Shown: one piece after another, positions 36,355 through 46,001 of the stretch
Numbering within the stretch: position 1 is the stretch's first letter
Layout: every line of letters begins with the position of its first letter
Assembly (NCBI GenBank): GCA_937897585.1
Contig: CALCNY010000187.1
Span: forward strand, 1 to 51,751
Length of the DNA stretch: 51,751 bases
Direction: 5' to 3'
Source: an uncultured Chitinophagaceae bacterium
GTDB lineage: Bacteria; Bacteroidota; Bacteroidia; Chitinophagales; Chitinophagaceae
The notes under the pieces: model-generated
What the model was told of the DNA's origin: nothing
What the model saw: only the letters and a program-made list of their open reading frames with translations
Databases searched by the model: none
Position numbers and translations under genes: made by a program

Positions 36355-37386
36355 ATGAAAAAAACATTATTTACCCTTACAGCAGCACTTGCCATTTCTA
36401 CATTTGCATTGGCACAAGAAGAAAAAAAATCAACAGAAAACAAATCCGAAACTAGTGAAATCATCATCCGCAAAGATGGAGATAAGGAAACCAAAATCAC
36501 CGTTCAAATCGATGGTGATAATATTATGGTCAATGGAAAACCTATGGTTGAATTCAATGACGACGGTGTGAAAATTCTCAAAAGAAAAATGATGATTACA
36601 GATGGTAGTCCGTTGTTAATTGATGGCGACTTCAACTTTAATGGAGATTTCAACGATGAAGAAGAAAAAACTGATAGCACCGCATTTCTTGGGGTGAGCA
36701 CTGAAAAATCTGCAAAAGGTGCAAAAGTCATTTCATTATCTAAAGAAAGTCCTGCTGAAAAAGCCGGCCTTTTAGAAAACGACATCATCACCAAAATAAA
36801 CAACCAGAAAGTTGAAGGTCCTGAATCTTTGTATGATGCAGTTACAGTCAATAAGCCTGGTGATGAAGTGAAAATAACTTACCTCAGAAATGGCAAAGAA
36901 AAAACAGCAAAAGCCATTTTACAGTTTAAAAAACAAATACAAAGGAAAGTAATTGTGATGAACAACGGAAGAAGACCAAGAAGGCCCAATCCTCCAGGCT
37001 TCCCTCCACCACCAATGGGAAACGACGAATCAGATGTAATGATAGATATGGCACATCCAAATTTCCCTGCTGAAGGATTGCCTTTACAATTTAATCCATT
37101 CCCTCCTAAACAAAAATTAGGCGTAAAAATTCAGGATACTGAAGAAGGTAATGGCGTGAAAGTAATTGACGTTGCAGAAAATTCAGTTGCCGCAAAAGCA
37201 GGTGTGATGAAAGATGATATCGTTACAGAAATATCTGGACAAAAAATCAATAACACCGATGACATCAGGGCTTTGCTTAGCGAAGATGAAAAAAGAGAAT
37301 CATTCAAAATTAAAGTGATGAGAAATGGTAAAGAAATGGAGTTTGATGTAAAGCCTCCAAAAAAGCTAAAAACAATGAATCTTTAA
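36355..37386 (+). CDS. Secreted double-PDZ domain protein
   Basis: Signal peptide; two PDZ motifs (FLGV..SPAEKAGL..NDIITKIN; KLGV..AAKAGV..DDIVTEI). Confidence 0.85.
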   Translation: MKKTLFTLTAALAISTFALAQEEKKSTENKSETSEIIIRKDGDKETKITVQIDGDNIMVNGKPMVEFNDDGVKILKRKMMITDGSPLLIDGDFNFNGDFNDEEEKTDSTAFLGVSTEKSAKGAKVISLSKESPAEKAGLLENDIITKINNQKVEGPESLYDAVTVNKPGDEVKITYLRNGKEKTAKAILQFKKQIQRKVIVMNNGRRPRRPNPPGFPPPPMGNDESDVMIDMAHPNFPAEGLPLQFNPFPPKQKLGVKIQDTEEGNGVKVIDVAENSVAAKAGVMKDDIVTEISGQKINNTDDIRALLSEDEKRESFKIKVMRNGKEMEFDVKPPKKLKTMNL

Positions 37387-37500
37387 TTTTATTATTTTTT
37401 AAGTCGATTGGTATATAATTTCTAAATTTTTAATGAAGGGGGAGTAATATCCTCCTTTTTTATTTTTTACTTTCTACATTTGAGTACATAAAAAAAATAG

Positions 37501-38949
37501 TTGAGTATATTCGAAAAATATCAATTGGTTATTGGGTTAGAAGTTCATGCGCAATTGTCTAACAAAAGCAAATTGTTCTGCGCTGATGACACATCATTTG
37601 GATCCACTCCCAATACACAGGTTAGTCCGATTTCTTTGGCCCATCCTGGAACCTTACCCAAGTTGAATCAAAAAGCAGTAGAACTTGCTGTCAAACTGGG
37701 CATCGCTTTAAATTGTGAAATCGAATCTTACAACTATTTCGCACGTAAAAATTATTTCTATCCTGATCTTCCCAAAGGATATCAGATTAGTCAGCATACA
37801 GCACCAATTTGCAAAGGAGGAAATGTTTTAATTGATTCTCAAGAGGGAATAAAACATATTCAGCTTAATAGAATTCATATCGAAGAAGATGCAGGAAAAA
37901 GCATTCATGATGCTGATGATAATTATACCTTAATCGATTTAAACAGAGCCGGAACTCCATTAGTAGAAATCGTTACAGAGCCTGTAATTCACAGTGCGGA
38001 AGATGCTTTTTTATTTCTTACGGAATTGCGTAAAACGCTTCGCTGGCTTGATGTATGTGATGGCAATATGGAAGAGGGGAGTATGCGTTGTGATGCAAAT
38101 ATTTCTATAAGATTAAAAGGCGACTTAACATTAGGCAAACGCGTTGAAGTAAAAAATCTCAATAGCATCAGAAATGTAAAACGAGCTATCGACATTGAAT
38201 TTGAAAGATTGGTTGCCCTAACAGAAAATAATGAAAGCATCACTCAGGAAACCAGAAGTTATGATGCAGATAACAACTCCACTTTTTCATTAAGAACAAA
38301 AGAAGATGCTGAAGATTATCGTTATTTCCCAGAGCCGGATTTACCTCCATTTATTATTACTCAAACCTACATTGATGATATAAAATCGAAAATGCCTGAT
38401 TTGCCTAATCAAGTTAAAAGCAAATACATCAATGAATTTGGACTTTCAGCATACGATGCTTCGGTGATTTGCAGTGATAAAGAAGATGTATTATTTTTTG
38501 AGTCGGTAATAAAATATTCACAAGATTTTAAAGCTGTTGCCAACTGGATGCTCGGTCCTTTGAAATATTATTGCAATGAAAATGGAATTGGCTTTTCTGC
38601 ATTTCCACTTTCAGCCCAATTGATTGCTGATTTGATTACGCTAACATCATCGGGCAAATTAAGTTTCAACAACGCATCAGGAAAAGTATTACAGGCTTTA
38701 ATTACCGATCCGAATCAAACTGCACATGAAGCCGCCACTGCATTAAATCTGATACAAGAAAGTGATAGTTCGGAATTGATGAAATGGATTGAACAAGTGA
38801 TTAACGACATGCCTGAAAAAGTAAAAGAATATAAATCGGGGAAAAAAGGATTGATTGGCTTATTTTCGGGAGAAGTAAAAAAACGAAGCAAAGGCAAAGC
38901 TGATATGCAATTAGTAAATCAACTGCTTCAAGAAAAATTAAACCAATAA
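37501..38949 (+). CDS. gatB: Asp/Glu-tRNA amidotransferase subunit B
   Basis: VIGLEVHAQL, RKNYFYPDLPKGYQISQ, HIEEDAGK, RCDANIS, YRYFPEPDL; TACATTTG (-7) at 37475-37482. Confidence 0.96.
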   Translation: MSIFEKYQLVIGLEVHAQLSNKSKLFCADDTSFGSTPNTQVSPISLAHPGTLPKLNQKAVELAVKLGIALNCEIESYNYFARKNYFYPDLPKGYQISQHTAPICKGGNVLIDSQEGIKHIQLNRIHIEEDAGKSIHDADDNYTLIDLNRAGTPLVEIVTEPVIHSAEDAFLFLTELRKTLRWLDVCDGNMEEGSMRCDANISIRLKGDLTLGKRVEVKNLNSIRNVKRAIDIEFERLVALTENNESITQETRSYDADNNSTFSLRTKEDAEDYRYFPEPDLPPFIITQTYIDDIKSKMPDLPNQVKSKYINEFGLSAYDASVICSDKEDVLFFESVIKYSQDFKAVANWMLGPLKYYCNENGIGFSAFPLSAQLIADLITLTSSGKLSFNNASGKVLQALITDPNQTAHEAATALNLIQESDSSELMKWIEQVINDMPEKVKEYKSGKKGLIGLFSGEVKKRSKGKADMQLVNQLLQEKLNQ

Positions 38950-38961
38950 ACCAGCATAATC

Positions 38962-40113
38962 ATGTTCAATGTAAAAAACCTAACCACGCTACTGTTATGT
39001 GTTTTCATGGCAGCATGCTCTCAAAAAAAAGATGGGCATTTCGTTGTAAACGGAAAAATTAAAAACATAAAAGATCAACATGTTTATCTTGAGCAATTGT
39101 ATTTTGGTGACAAATCGCCTGAAGTATTAGATACTGCAGAAATGAAAAATGGCAGCTTCTCATTGAAAGGAAATGGAACTGAAGAAACACTTTTTCGCGT
39201 TCGTTTTGAAAAAGAAACTAATAATTATTTAATCATCAACGATCAGGCTGAAATCAATATTGAAGCAGATGCTAATGACAAAACTATAAACAGTCAGAAA
39301 ATAAATTCACCTGCCAACAAAGGACTTAAAGATTTGATATTGGGAATGATTACCAGAGGCGAGGCCATGGATCATACAACAGCAGTTGCCGACTCGTTAC
39401 AAACTGCGGGTAATGACAGTTTGTTTACCATAGAAAAAAACAAACTCGCTTTGATGAGCGACGATTTTCAATCTTATCTAAAAAAATATATCGACAGCAG
39501 CAATGATCCGGTGTTGACCATCTTTGCAATTGGTAACGACAGAACTGCCGATGCTACAGCCATAAATGAAAGAGTCAAAAATTTAAAAAAGCGTTTTCCA
39601 ACTCATACCGGTATTGCAGATATGATTGTACAATACAACAAATATTTAGCGGAACAAAACAAACCACAAGCTCAGACTCAAACACCTGCTCGTCCTGAAG
39701 TAGGTGCAATGGCGCCAGACTTTACCTTAACAGATATAGATGGCAAACCATTTTCATTGAGCCAGTTGAAAGGACAATATGTGTTGGTGGATTTTTGGGC
39801 CAGTTGGTGTGGTCCTTGCAGAGGAGAGAATCCTAATGTGGTAGCAGCTTTCAATAAGTATAAAAATAAAAATTTTACAGTTCTTGGTGTTTCACTTGAT
39901 GAAGCAAAAGACAAATGGATGGAAGCCATCAAAAAAGATAATCTTACCTGGAAGCATGTGAGTGATTTGAAAGGATGGTATTCTTCCGTTGTTCCACTTT
40001 ATGGTTTTGATGGCATTCCTTATAATGTTTTAATCGATCCACAAGGAAAAATATTGGCTACAGAATTGAGAGAATCTGCGTTGGATGAGTTTTTGGGAAA
40101 GACGTTGAAGTAG
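38962..40113 (+). CDS. TlpA-family thiol-disulfide oxidoreductase lipoprotein (DUF4369-like + redoxin)
   Basis: Lipobox MAAC; APDFTL, VLVDFWASWCGPCR, GVSLD, IDPQGKI. Confidence 0.9.
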   Translation: MFNVKNLTTLLLCVFMAACSQKKDGHFVVNGKIKNIKDQHVYLEQLYFGDKSPEVLDTAEMKNGSFSLKGNGTEETLFRVRFEKETNNYLIINDQAEINIEADANDKTINSQKINSPANKGLKDLILGMITRGEAMDHTTAVADSLQTAGNDSLFTIEKNKLALMSDDFQSYLKKYIDSSNDPVLTIFAIGNDRTADATAINERVKNLKKRFPTHTGIADMIVQYNKYLAEQNKPQAQTQTPARPEVGAMAPDFTLTDIDGKPFSLSQLKGQYVLVDFWASWCGPCRGENPNVVAAFNKYKNKNFTVLGVSLDEAKDKWMEAIKKDNLTWKHVSDLKGWYSSVVPLYGFDGIPYNVLIDPQGKILATELRESALDEFLGKTLK

Positions 40114-40116
40114 GAC

Positions 40117-40172
40117 GGCCCCCTAAATCCCCCCAAGGTGGACTTTGCTGGGTTTGCCACGAATGCACGAAT
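40117..40172 (+). repeat. Repeat A plus module C
   Basis: GGCCCCCTAAATCCCCCCAAGGTGGACTTTG, 3 nt after the stop; GCCACGAATGCACGAAT at 40156. Confidence 0.85.
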
Positions 40173-40194
40173 TGATTTTGAATTTTAAATTATT

Positions 40195-40566
40195 TTAGTC
40201 TCGGTTCAAAAAACTTTGACTTATTTTAAAATGCTTTGAAATCACCTGCATATTTTTTTTCGAAACTCCTTTTTTTCCTGAGAGCATATCAGAAACCAAT
40301 CCTTCGCTGACATCTAATAGTCGAGCTAGATCTAATGATTTCATTTTATGTTCGATAAGTAAAGATTTTAAAATCTCCGGAAGAGAGAGTTTGTGAAACG
40401 GATGGTGGGCTTCATCGTATTTCTCAATCAGTAAGGTGAGTAATGCTATTTCATCAGAAATAGATTTTGATTTCTTTTTTAAGTTCAAAAATTCTTCTAA
40501 TTGCGTGCAATATTGTTGATACTGTGTTTTATTTCGAATGACAGTATATTTAAGAGATTGTACCAT
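40195..40566 (-). CDS. higA: HigA-type antitoxin (HTH XRE)
   Basis: I.N..QY, LLTLLIEKYDE, C-terminal HTH (DLARLLDVSEGLVSDMLSGKKG); downstream of higB. Confidence 0.85.
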   Translation of the reverse strand: MVQSLKYTVIRNKTQYQQYCTQLEEFLNLKKKSKSISDEIALLTLLIEKYDEAHHPFHKLSLPEILKSLLIEHKMKSLDLARLLDVSEGLVSDMLSGKKGVSKKNMQVISKHFKISQSFLNRD

Positions 40567-40571
40567 GATAA

Positions 40572-40904
40572 TTAATAAATGTTTATCAAATATTGTTTGC
40601 CTTGTTTACATATTCGTGTATAAGCAGCATGAGATCCTAACCAGCAAATAAATAAATGAACTTGTTTGTTACCAAAGTAGTATTTGGCAATCAACCTGTA
40701 TTTATTGCCGGCAATATTGAAAACCACTCGTGAGCTTTCATTGCCTAATAAATCAGCTGCTGAAAATGTCTTTTTTATATCACCGGGAATTTTCCAATCT
40801 GCAACTTTTACTTTATTCACCCACTCATTCAACGACACAAAACTATCAGGGTGTATAAATGTAAATTCATTAATTGATTTTATTTTGATGATATGCGTTT
40901 TCAA
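40572..40904 (-). CDS. higB: HigB-type toxin (RelE-like mRNase)
   Basis: W..P.DIKKTFSAAD..RVVFNIAGNKYRLI..WLGSHAAY; toxin-first order. Confidence 0.88.
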   Translation of the reverse strand: MKTHIIKIKSINEFTFIHPDSFVSLNEWVNKVKVADWKIPGDIKKTFSAADLLGNESSRVVFNIAGNKYRLIAKYYFGNKQVHLFICWLGSHAAYTRICKQGKQYLINIY

Positions 40905-40927
40905 AAGGCAATGTAAAATTAGTGAAA

Positions 40928-40944
40928 CTTCACAAAAAGTGAAG
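40928..40944. promoter_or_regulatory. Putative HigA operator
   Basis: Inverted repeat CTTCAC-AAAAA-GTGAAG, about 24 nt upstream of the higB start. Confidence 0.55.
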
Positions 40945-41026
40945 AAGATATTTGAGTTTCAAAGTTCGTTTTTGAAGCAATGAAAGCAAGGGGAAAAACA
41001 ACATAGAAAAGGTGTTTTTATTTTTT

Positions 41027-41414
41027 CACGCAAAGTTCGCAAAGGGGCGAGGGCGCAAAGATTATATTTTCTAAATTGTTCCATAGGAACATCTCGTTTT
41101 TAGCCCGATATGATAGTTATGTAGTTTCGTTCCTTCGGAACTTTTGTTTTGCCATTGTTGGTCTTGTGACCAACAAAAAAAAGGTAAGCCACGAATTCAC
41201 GAATTTATTTTACCGCGGAGAAGAGAGAAAGTAGAGGTTGCGCGGAGCTATTCGATACTGCTGATTGCTCCCCTATCATTCGTGGATTTCCCCCTTTGGG
41301 GGATTAAGGGGGCTTGGGGTTGGGGGTGAGGTTTTCCCATTCAGAAGAAAATAACCATTTCATTTCCAAAATCCCACTTCTACATTTTACAATGGATATT
41401 TTACATTTTACATT
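41027..41414. repeat. Mosaic intergenic repeat cassette between higBA and the XRE gene
   Basis: Modules G (41027), GTTCC..GGAAC hairpin pair (41077, 41129), E (41155), C (41188), H (41208), B with nested A (41265-41332), D (41370-41414). Confidence 0.85.
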
Positions 41415-41423
41415 CCCTCTCTC

Positions 41424-41648
41424 TCACTCCTCAAATAACTCCTTCATTTCCACTTGCAATGTTTTGCAGATTCTGAGTAATGATATTATTGATGTGTTGA
41501 TTTCTCCTCTTTCAATACGGCCCAACTGACGGTATTCGATTTCGGCTTCGTTTGCCAGACTTTCCATGGTAAACCCTTTTTCTTTTCTCTTCCTGCGTAG
41601 CGTTGCGCCTACTTTTTTAAGGTATTTGTCGTAGTCTTTTGAGTTCAT
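41424..41648 (-). CDS. XRE-family HTH transcriptional regulator
   Basis: G..LR.KR..KGFTMESLA..AEIEYRQLGRIERGEINTSI. Confidence 0.88.
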   Translation of the reverse strand: MNSKDYDKYLKKVGATLRRKRKEKGFTMESLANEAEIEYRQLGRIERGEINTSIISLLRICKTLQVEMKELFEE

Positions 41649-41682
41649 ACAACGAAACTCAAAATAAACTCATAAAAAAATT

Positions 41683-41712
41683 AGGTCAGATATGACCTCT
41701 TCTGTATATTTG
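41683..41712. promoter_or_regulatory. Palindromic operator plus + strand -7 promoter element
   Basis: AGGTCA-GATA-TGACCT (41683-41698) next to TATATTTG (41705-41712), between the divergent XRE and T9SS cargo genes. Confidence 0.55.
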
Positions 41713-42092
41713 TTTTCCATTTAAATTAAAATAATGGACCTATTAAGGGTTTATCGTTTTTATTAAATGTAAAATCTAAAATATCCTCCCCCAAAAACCT
41801 CGGGGCAAATGATGTAGTGAATCGGATTTTGAAACCCCAAAAATATCTGTGTTTTAAAGTACAATTCAAAATGTTTTAACTATAACAAGTTTTAGATATT
41901 TTGAATAAAAAGAATAATCAGTTGGGTAAAAAGGTTTTTTGAATATCCAATGTAAAATATCCAATGTAAAATGTAAAAGTGGGATTTAGTACCACAATTG
42001 AAATTTAAAACTTAACATCAAACAAATAACGCCAAACGCCAAACAAGCGCAGCGGCCAAACACCAAACAATAAACCATAAACATTTTCTTTT

Positions 42093-45000
42093 ATGAAAAA
42101 GCTCCTTTTTGTTCTACTCATCCTATCAGTAGTAACTTCTTACGCTCAAATTCCTTCTTACGTTCCTACAAATGGCCTAGTAGGCTACTGGCCGTTTAAT
42201 GGAAATGCAAATGATGAAAGTGGTAATGGAAATAATGGAACGGTAAATGGAGCAATGTTGACTACAGATAGGTTTGGAAATCTGGGGAAGGCCTATAGCT
42301 TTGATGGAATTAGTAATGATATTACAATTGCCAATTCAAGTAGTTTATCTAGTATGACTAGTATCACTATTTCTGCTTGGTTTAATGTTAGTCAATGGGA
42401 CATTGTGAATAGCCAAGGCTGGTTTCCGATATTATCAAAAACAAATTCTTCTTCATATGGGAAATATCGAATAGGAGCTTTCACAAGCGTTAGTGGTGCT
42501 CCTTCATTTTATGGAAATTTAGGAACAAATGCAACTGGCATTAGTCAAAATAATCTTTATTCTTTGAATCAATGGTATCAAATTGTGATGACAATATCAA
42601 ACGGTAATTCTAGTATTTATTTGAATGGCACGGAAATTTTCAATGGTGCAACAACTGCAACAGGATGGAATACAACTGATAATTTGCCACTATTAATAGG
42701 TAAAGATATTCCTGGGATTGTCGATTATGCAAACGGAAAGATTGATGATATTGCTATTTGGGATCGTGCACTATCCACACAAGAAGTTTCTAATTTATAC
42801 TCATCTTCCGCTCCCTGCATCGCAAACATCACCACCCCCGATACCACTATCTGCAAAGGCTCATCTGTTACCTTAAATGCAGCAGCAGTAAGCCCTGCAT
42901 CCGTAACAGATATCAACGGCAATACTTACCCTTCAGTAAACATCGGCTCACAAACCTGGATGCAGAAAAACTTAAACGTAAGCAAATATAAAAACGGAGA
43001 TATCATACCTCAAGTAACTGACTCTGCTACTTGGCGCAATCTTACAACTGGTGCATGGTGCTGGTATAATAACGATAGTGCCAACTATGCTTCCAAAGGT
43101 AAATTGTACAACTGGTATGCTGTAAATGATGCAAGAGGTATCGCTCCTGATGGCTGGCATGTTCCAACTGATGGCGAGTGGAATAAGATGATTAAATTTT
43201 TAGATCCGCTGGCAGATACAGTTTGCGGTGGTTGTGTACAAAGTTCATTGGCCGGTGGTGCACTCAAACAAACCGGTACCACTAACTGGGCGTCACCTAA
43301 TGGCGGTGCCACTAATTCAAGCAATTTCAACGCTATCTCTGCGGGTATTCGTGATGGTAGATTCTTAAATCCAACTACCAACGCATACTGGTGGAGTGCT
43401 ACTACCAATCCGGCGAACCTAACACCTGCTGCCTGGTCGCATACTGTTGGCTCAAGTGATGGCAACGAGGCAAGAATCAGTAATGTAAAATTCAACGGTT
43501 ATTCTGTAAGAACCGTTCGCAATACGCCTACTTATCTTTGGTCAACCGGTGCTACTACTCAAAGTATTTCTGTTAGTCCAACAAGAACTACCACTTACTA
43601 TGTAACCGTTAGCGATGGTGTTAATTCATGCACAGATAGTGTTACCGTTACAGTTTCGGGTATTGTTAACAGTGATACTACTATTTGTAGAGGCGCAACT
43701 GTTACATTAGGCGCGGCTACTGTAAACGTACCAAGCTCGGATGTAAGTGGTAATGCTTATTCAAGTGTTAATATCGGTTCACAAACATGGAGCAGTAAAA
43801 ACTTAACTGCTTCAAAATATAAAAATGGAGATGTAATTCCTCAAGTAACGGATTCGGCTACATGGCGTAATCTTACTACCGGTGCATGGTGCTGGTTTAA
43901 TAACGACAGTGCTACTTATTCAGCAGCCGGTAAATTATACAACTGGTATGCAGTAAATGATGCAAGAGGTATCGCTCCTGATGGATGGCATGTTCCTACA
44001 GATGCAGAGTGGAATAAGATGATAAAATATTTAGATCCTTTGGCTGATACTGTTTGCGGCGGTTGTGCACAAAGCACATTGGCAGGCGGTGCGTTAAAAC
44101 AAACAGGCACAACAAATTGGTTAACTCCAAATGGAGGCGCTACCAACTCAAGTGGTTTCAATGCTATTGCTTCGGGTATCCGTGATGGTTCGTTCTTAAA
44201 TGCAAGAACAAATGCATATTGGTGGAGTGCTACTACTAATACGGCAAATACAACACCTGCTGCTTGGTCTCATGCTATTGGTTCAAGCGATGCCAATGAA
44301 GCCAGAATTAGTAATGTAAAATCAAATGGTTATTCTGTAAGGTTCGTAAGAAATGCTACAACCTATTTATGGTCAACAGGAGCCACTACACAAACCATTT
44401 CAGTTTCACCAACTGTTACCACTACTTACTATTGCACCATCAACAATGGTTATTCAACTTGTACCGATAGTGTGAAAGTATACGTAAACACTGCAGTACC
44501 ATCAGCACCTACAGCCATCACTGGAGCAACAGATATTTGTTCATATTTTACAAGTCCAACAGTTGCTACAAGTAGTGCGGTAACTTACACAGCGGCCGTT
44601 GCAACGAACACGCTTTCTTATAACTGGACAGTACCTGCAGGAGTTACTCTTGTAAGTGGTCAAGGAACAAATAGCATCACAGTAACTTTTGCTTCTACTT
44701 TTGTTTCAGGAGCCATTGCAGTTAATTCGGTTAACGCTTGTGGTAGCAGTACCGCAGCCAGATCATTAACCGTTTACAAAAGAGTAGCTGCTATTCCGGG
44801 TGTAATTCAAAAAGAATTTACACCAACATCTATAGTAGCCGTTACCAACGTAACCGGTCTGGTTTCAGAAACTTACAGAATTAAAAAAGTATTATACGCT
44901 ACTTCTTATAACTGGTCGATGAATCAGGGAACAAATGCTACTATTTCGCACATCAATCCTTCCGGCGTCAATGATACGGCAGTAATTGTAACCTTTGCGA

Positions 45001-45998
45001 ATTGCTTCTCAAGAGATACGCTTTCTGTAAAAGCGGTTACGCCATGCTCGGTGAGTACTTCCAGAACAGCAATACTGTATGCTTATTCAACACCGGCTGC
45101 TGTTGCAGGCATTACAACAGTTGGCGGTAATTTCGCCACTTGTATCGGTGTCAACAAAACGTTTACGGCTGTACGCGGAACACCTACAACTTTACAGGCG
45201 CCTATTGCTTCTTTCCGCTGGACAATACCTGTAAATACAACAATTGTTTCGGCAACTTCGGATAGTGCAAGCATTACCGTTAGTTTCAATGCAGGTTATA
45301 CCGGTGGTAGCATCAGTGCCAAAGGGGTTAGCTCTTGTGGTACTATCGGCACAACAGCTTCAACGGCTATTTTACAATTCTTGCCTCCGGGTGTCTTGAG
45401 TATAGCCTCAAGCACAGGCTCTTACAATGCCTGTATCGGCAATAGTGTAACGTATTCTGCTTTGGTGAGCGCGCCTACAACCAGTCAGGTGGCTGCCAGT
45501 GTGTTCCGTTGGACCAAGCCTAACAACACTACAATTATCAGCGCCGTTGCTGATAGTTCAACAATCACCTTACAATTCAACACCGGATATATAGGAGGAA
45601 CATTGTCTGTAAAAGGACAAACTTCTTGTGGAACTTTGGGAACAGCTAAAAACCAAACGCTAACGCATAGTGGCTGTGCAGCAGGTACGAAGATGAGTGT
45701 GCCGGTTACAACAACAGCCAATTCATTTGAGGTGAGTTTGTATCCAAATCCGTCGGCAGGAGAATTTAAGCTTCTCGTTAATCTCGTTGGTGGAAAAACA
45801 CCAACGATGGCAACACCAACGAGGGAAGCAACGAAAGCCATTGTAAAAGTCATTGATATTCAAGGTAGACTTATGAAATCATTCGAATGCAACGCCAACC
45901 AAGTAACAGCTTTGGGTAACGAATTAAAACCAGGTGTGTACATGGTGGAAGTGAGAATGGGTAATGAGGTGAAGACGGTGAGGGCAGTGAGGTTTTAA
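42093..45998 (+). CDS. T9SS-secreted multidomain protein: LamG-like + 2x FISUMP (Fib_succ_major) + Ig/PKD-like repeats + type A CTD
   Basis: GLVGYWPFNGNANDESGNGNNG..IDDIAIWDRALS (LamG); IGSQTW..NL, GKLYNWYAV, PDGWHVPTD.EW, YWWS, GYSVR x2 (FISUMP); YPNPS..G.Y.V C-terminus (CTD). Confidence 0.88.
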   Translation: MKKLLFVLLILSVVTSYAQIPSYVPTNGLVGYWPFNGNANDESGNGNNGTVNGAMLTTDRFGNLGKAYSFDGISNDITIANSSSLSSMTSITISAWFNVSQWDIVNSQGWFPILSKTNSSSYGKYRIGAFTSVSGAPSFYGNLGTNATGISQNNLYSLNQWYQIVMTISNGNSSIYLNGTEIFNGATTATGWNTTDNLPLLIGKDIPGIVDYANGKIDDIAIWDRALSTQEVSNLYSSSAPCIANITTPDTTICKGSSVTLNAAAVSPASVTDINGNTYPSVNIGSQTWMQKNLNVSKYKNGDIIPQVTDSATWRNLTTGAWCWYNNDSANYASKGKLYNWYAVNDARGIAPDGWHVPTDGEWNKMIKFLDPLADTVCGGCVQSSLAGGALKQTGTTNWASPNGGATNSSNFNAISAGIRDGRFLNPTTNAYWWSATTNPANLTPAAWSHTVGSSDGNEARISNVKFNGYSVRTVRNTPTYLWSTGATTQSISVSPTRTTTYYVTVSDGVNSCTDSVTVTVSGIVNSDTTICRGATVTLGAATVNVPSSDVSGNAYSSVNIGSQTWSSKNLTASKYKNGDVIPQVTDSATWRNLTTGAWCWFNNDSATYSAAGKLYNWYAVNDARGIAPDGWHVPTDAEWNKMIKYLDPLADTVCGGCAQSTLAGGALKQTGTTNWLTPNGGATNSSGFNAIASGIRDGSFLNARTNAYWWSATTNTANTTPAAWSHAIGSSDANEARISNVKSNGYSVRFVRNATTYLWSTGATTQTISVSPTVTTTYYCTINNGYSTCTDSVKVYVNTAVPSAPTAITGATDICSYFTSPTVATSSAVTYTAAVATNTLSYNWTVPAGVTLVSGQGTNSITVTFASTFVSGAIAVNSVNACGSSTAARSLTVYKRVAAIPGVIQKEFTPTSIVAVTNVTGLVSETYRIKKVLYATSYNWSMNQGTNATISHINPSGVNDTAVIVTFANCFSRDTLSVKAVTPCSVSTSRTAILYAYSTPAAVAGITTVGGNFATCIGVNKTFTAVRGTPTTLQAPIASFRWTIPVNTTIVSATSDSASITVSFNAGYTGGSISAKGVSSCGTIGTTASTAILQFLPPGVLSIASSTGSYNACIGNSVTYSALVSAPTTSQVAASVFRWTKPNNTTIISAVADSSTITLQFNTGYIGGTLSVKGQTSCGTLGTAKNQTLTHSGCAAGTKMSVPVTTTANSFEVSLYPNPSAGEFKLLVNLVGGKTPTMATPTREATKAIVKVIDIQGRLMKSFECNANQVTALGNELKPGVYMVEVRMGNEVKTVRAVRF

Positions 45999-46001
45999 AA
46001 A

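Noticed and set aside
37501-38949. gatB without adjacent gatA/gatC
   Set aside because: Dispersed gat genes are not unusual, and the rest of the genome is not visible.
40195-41648. Prophage/ICE/IS remnant
   Set aside because: No integrase, transposase, phage or conjugation genes, and no att-like direct repeats found.
42840-44487. DGR template/variable repeat pair
   Set aside because: Both copies are in-frame coding, differences are mostly synonymous and affect all bases rather than adenines only, and no RT is present.
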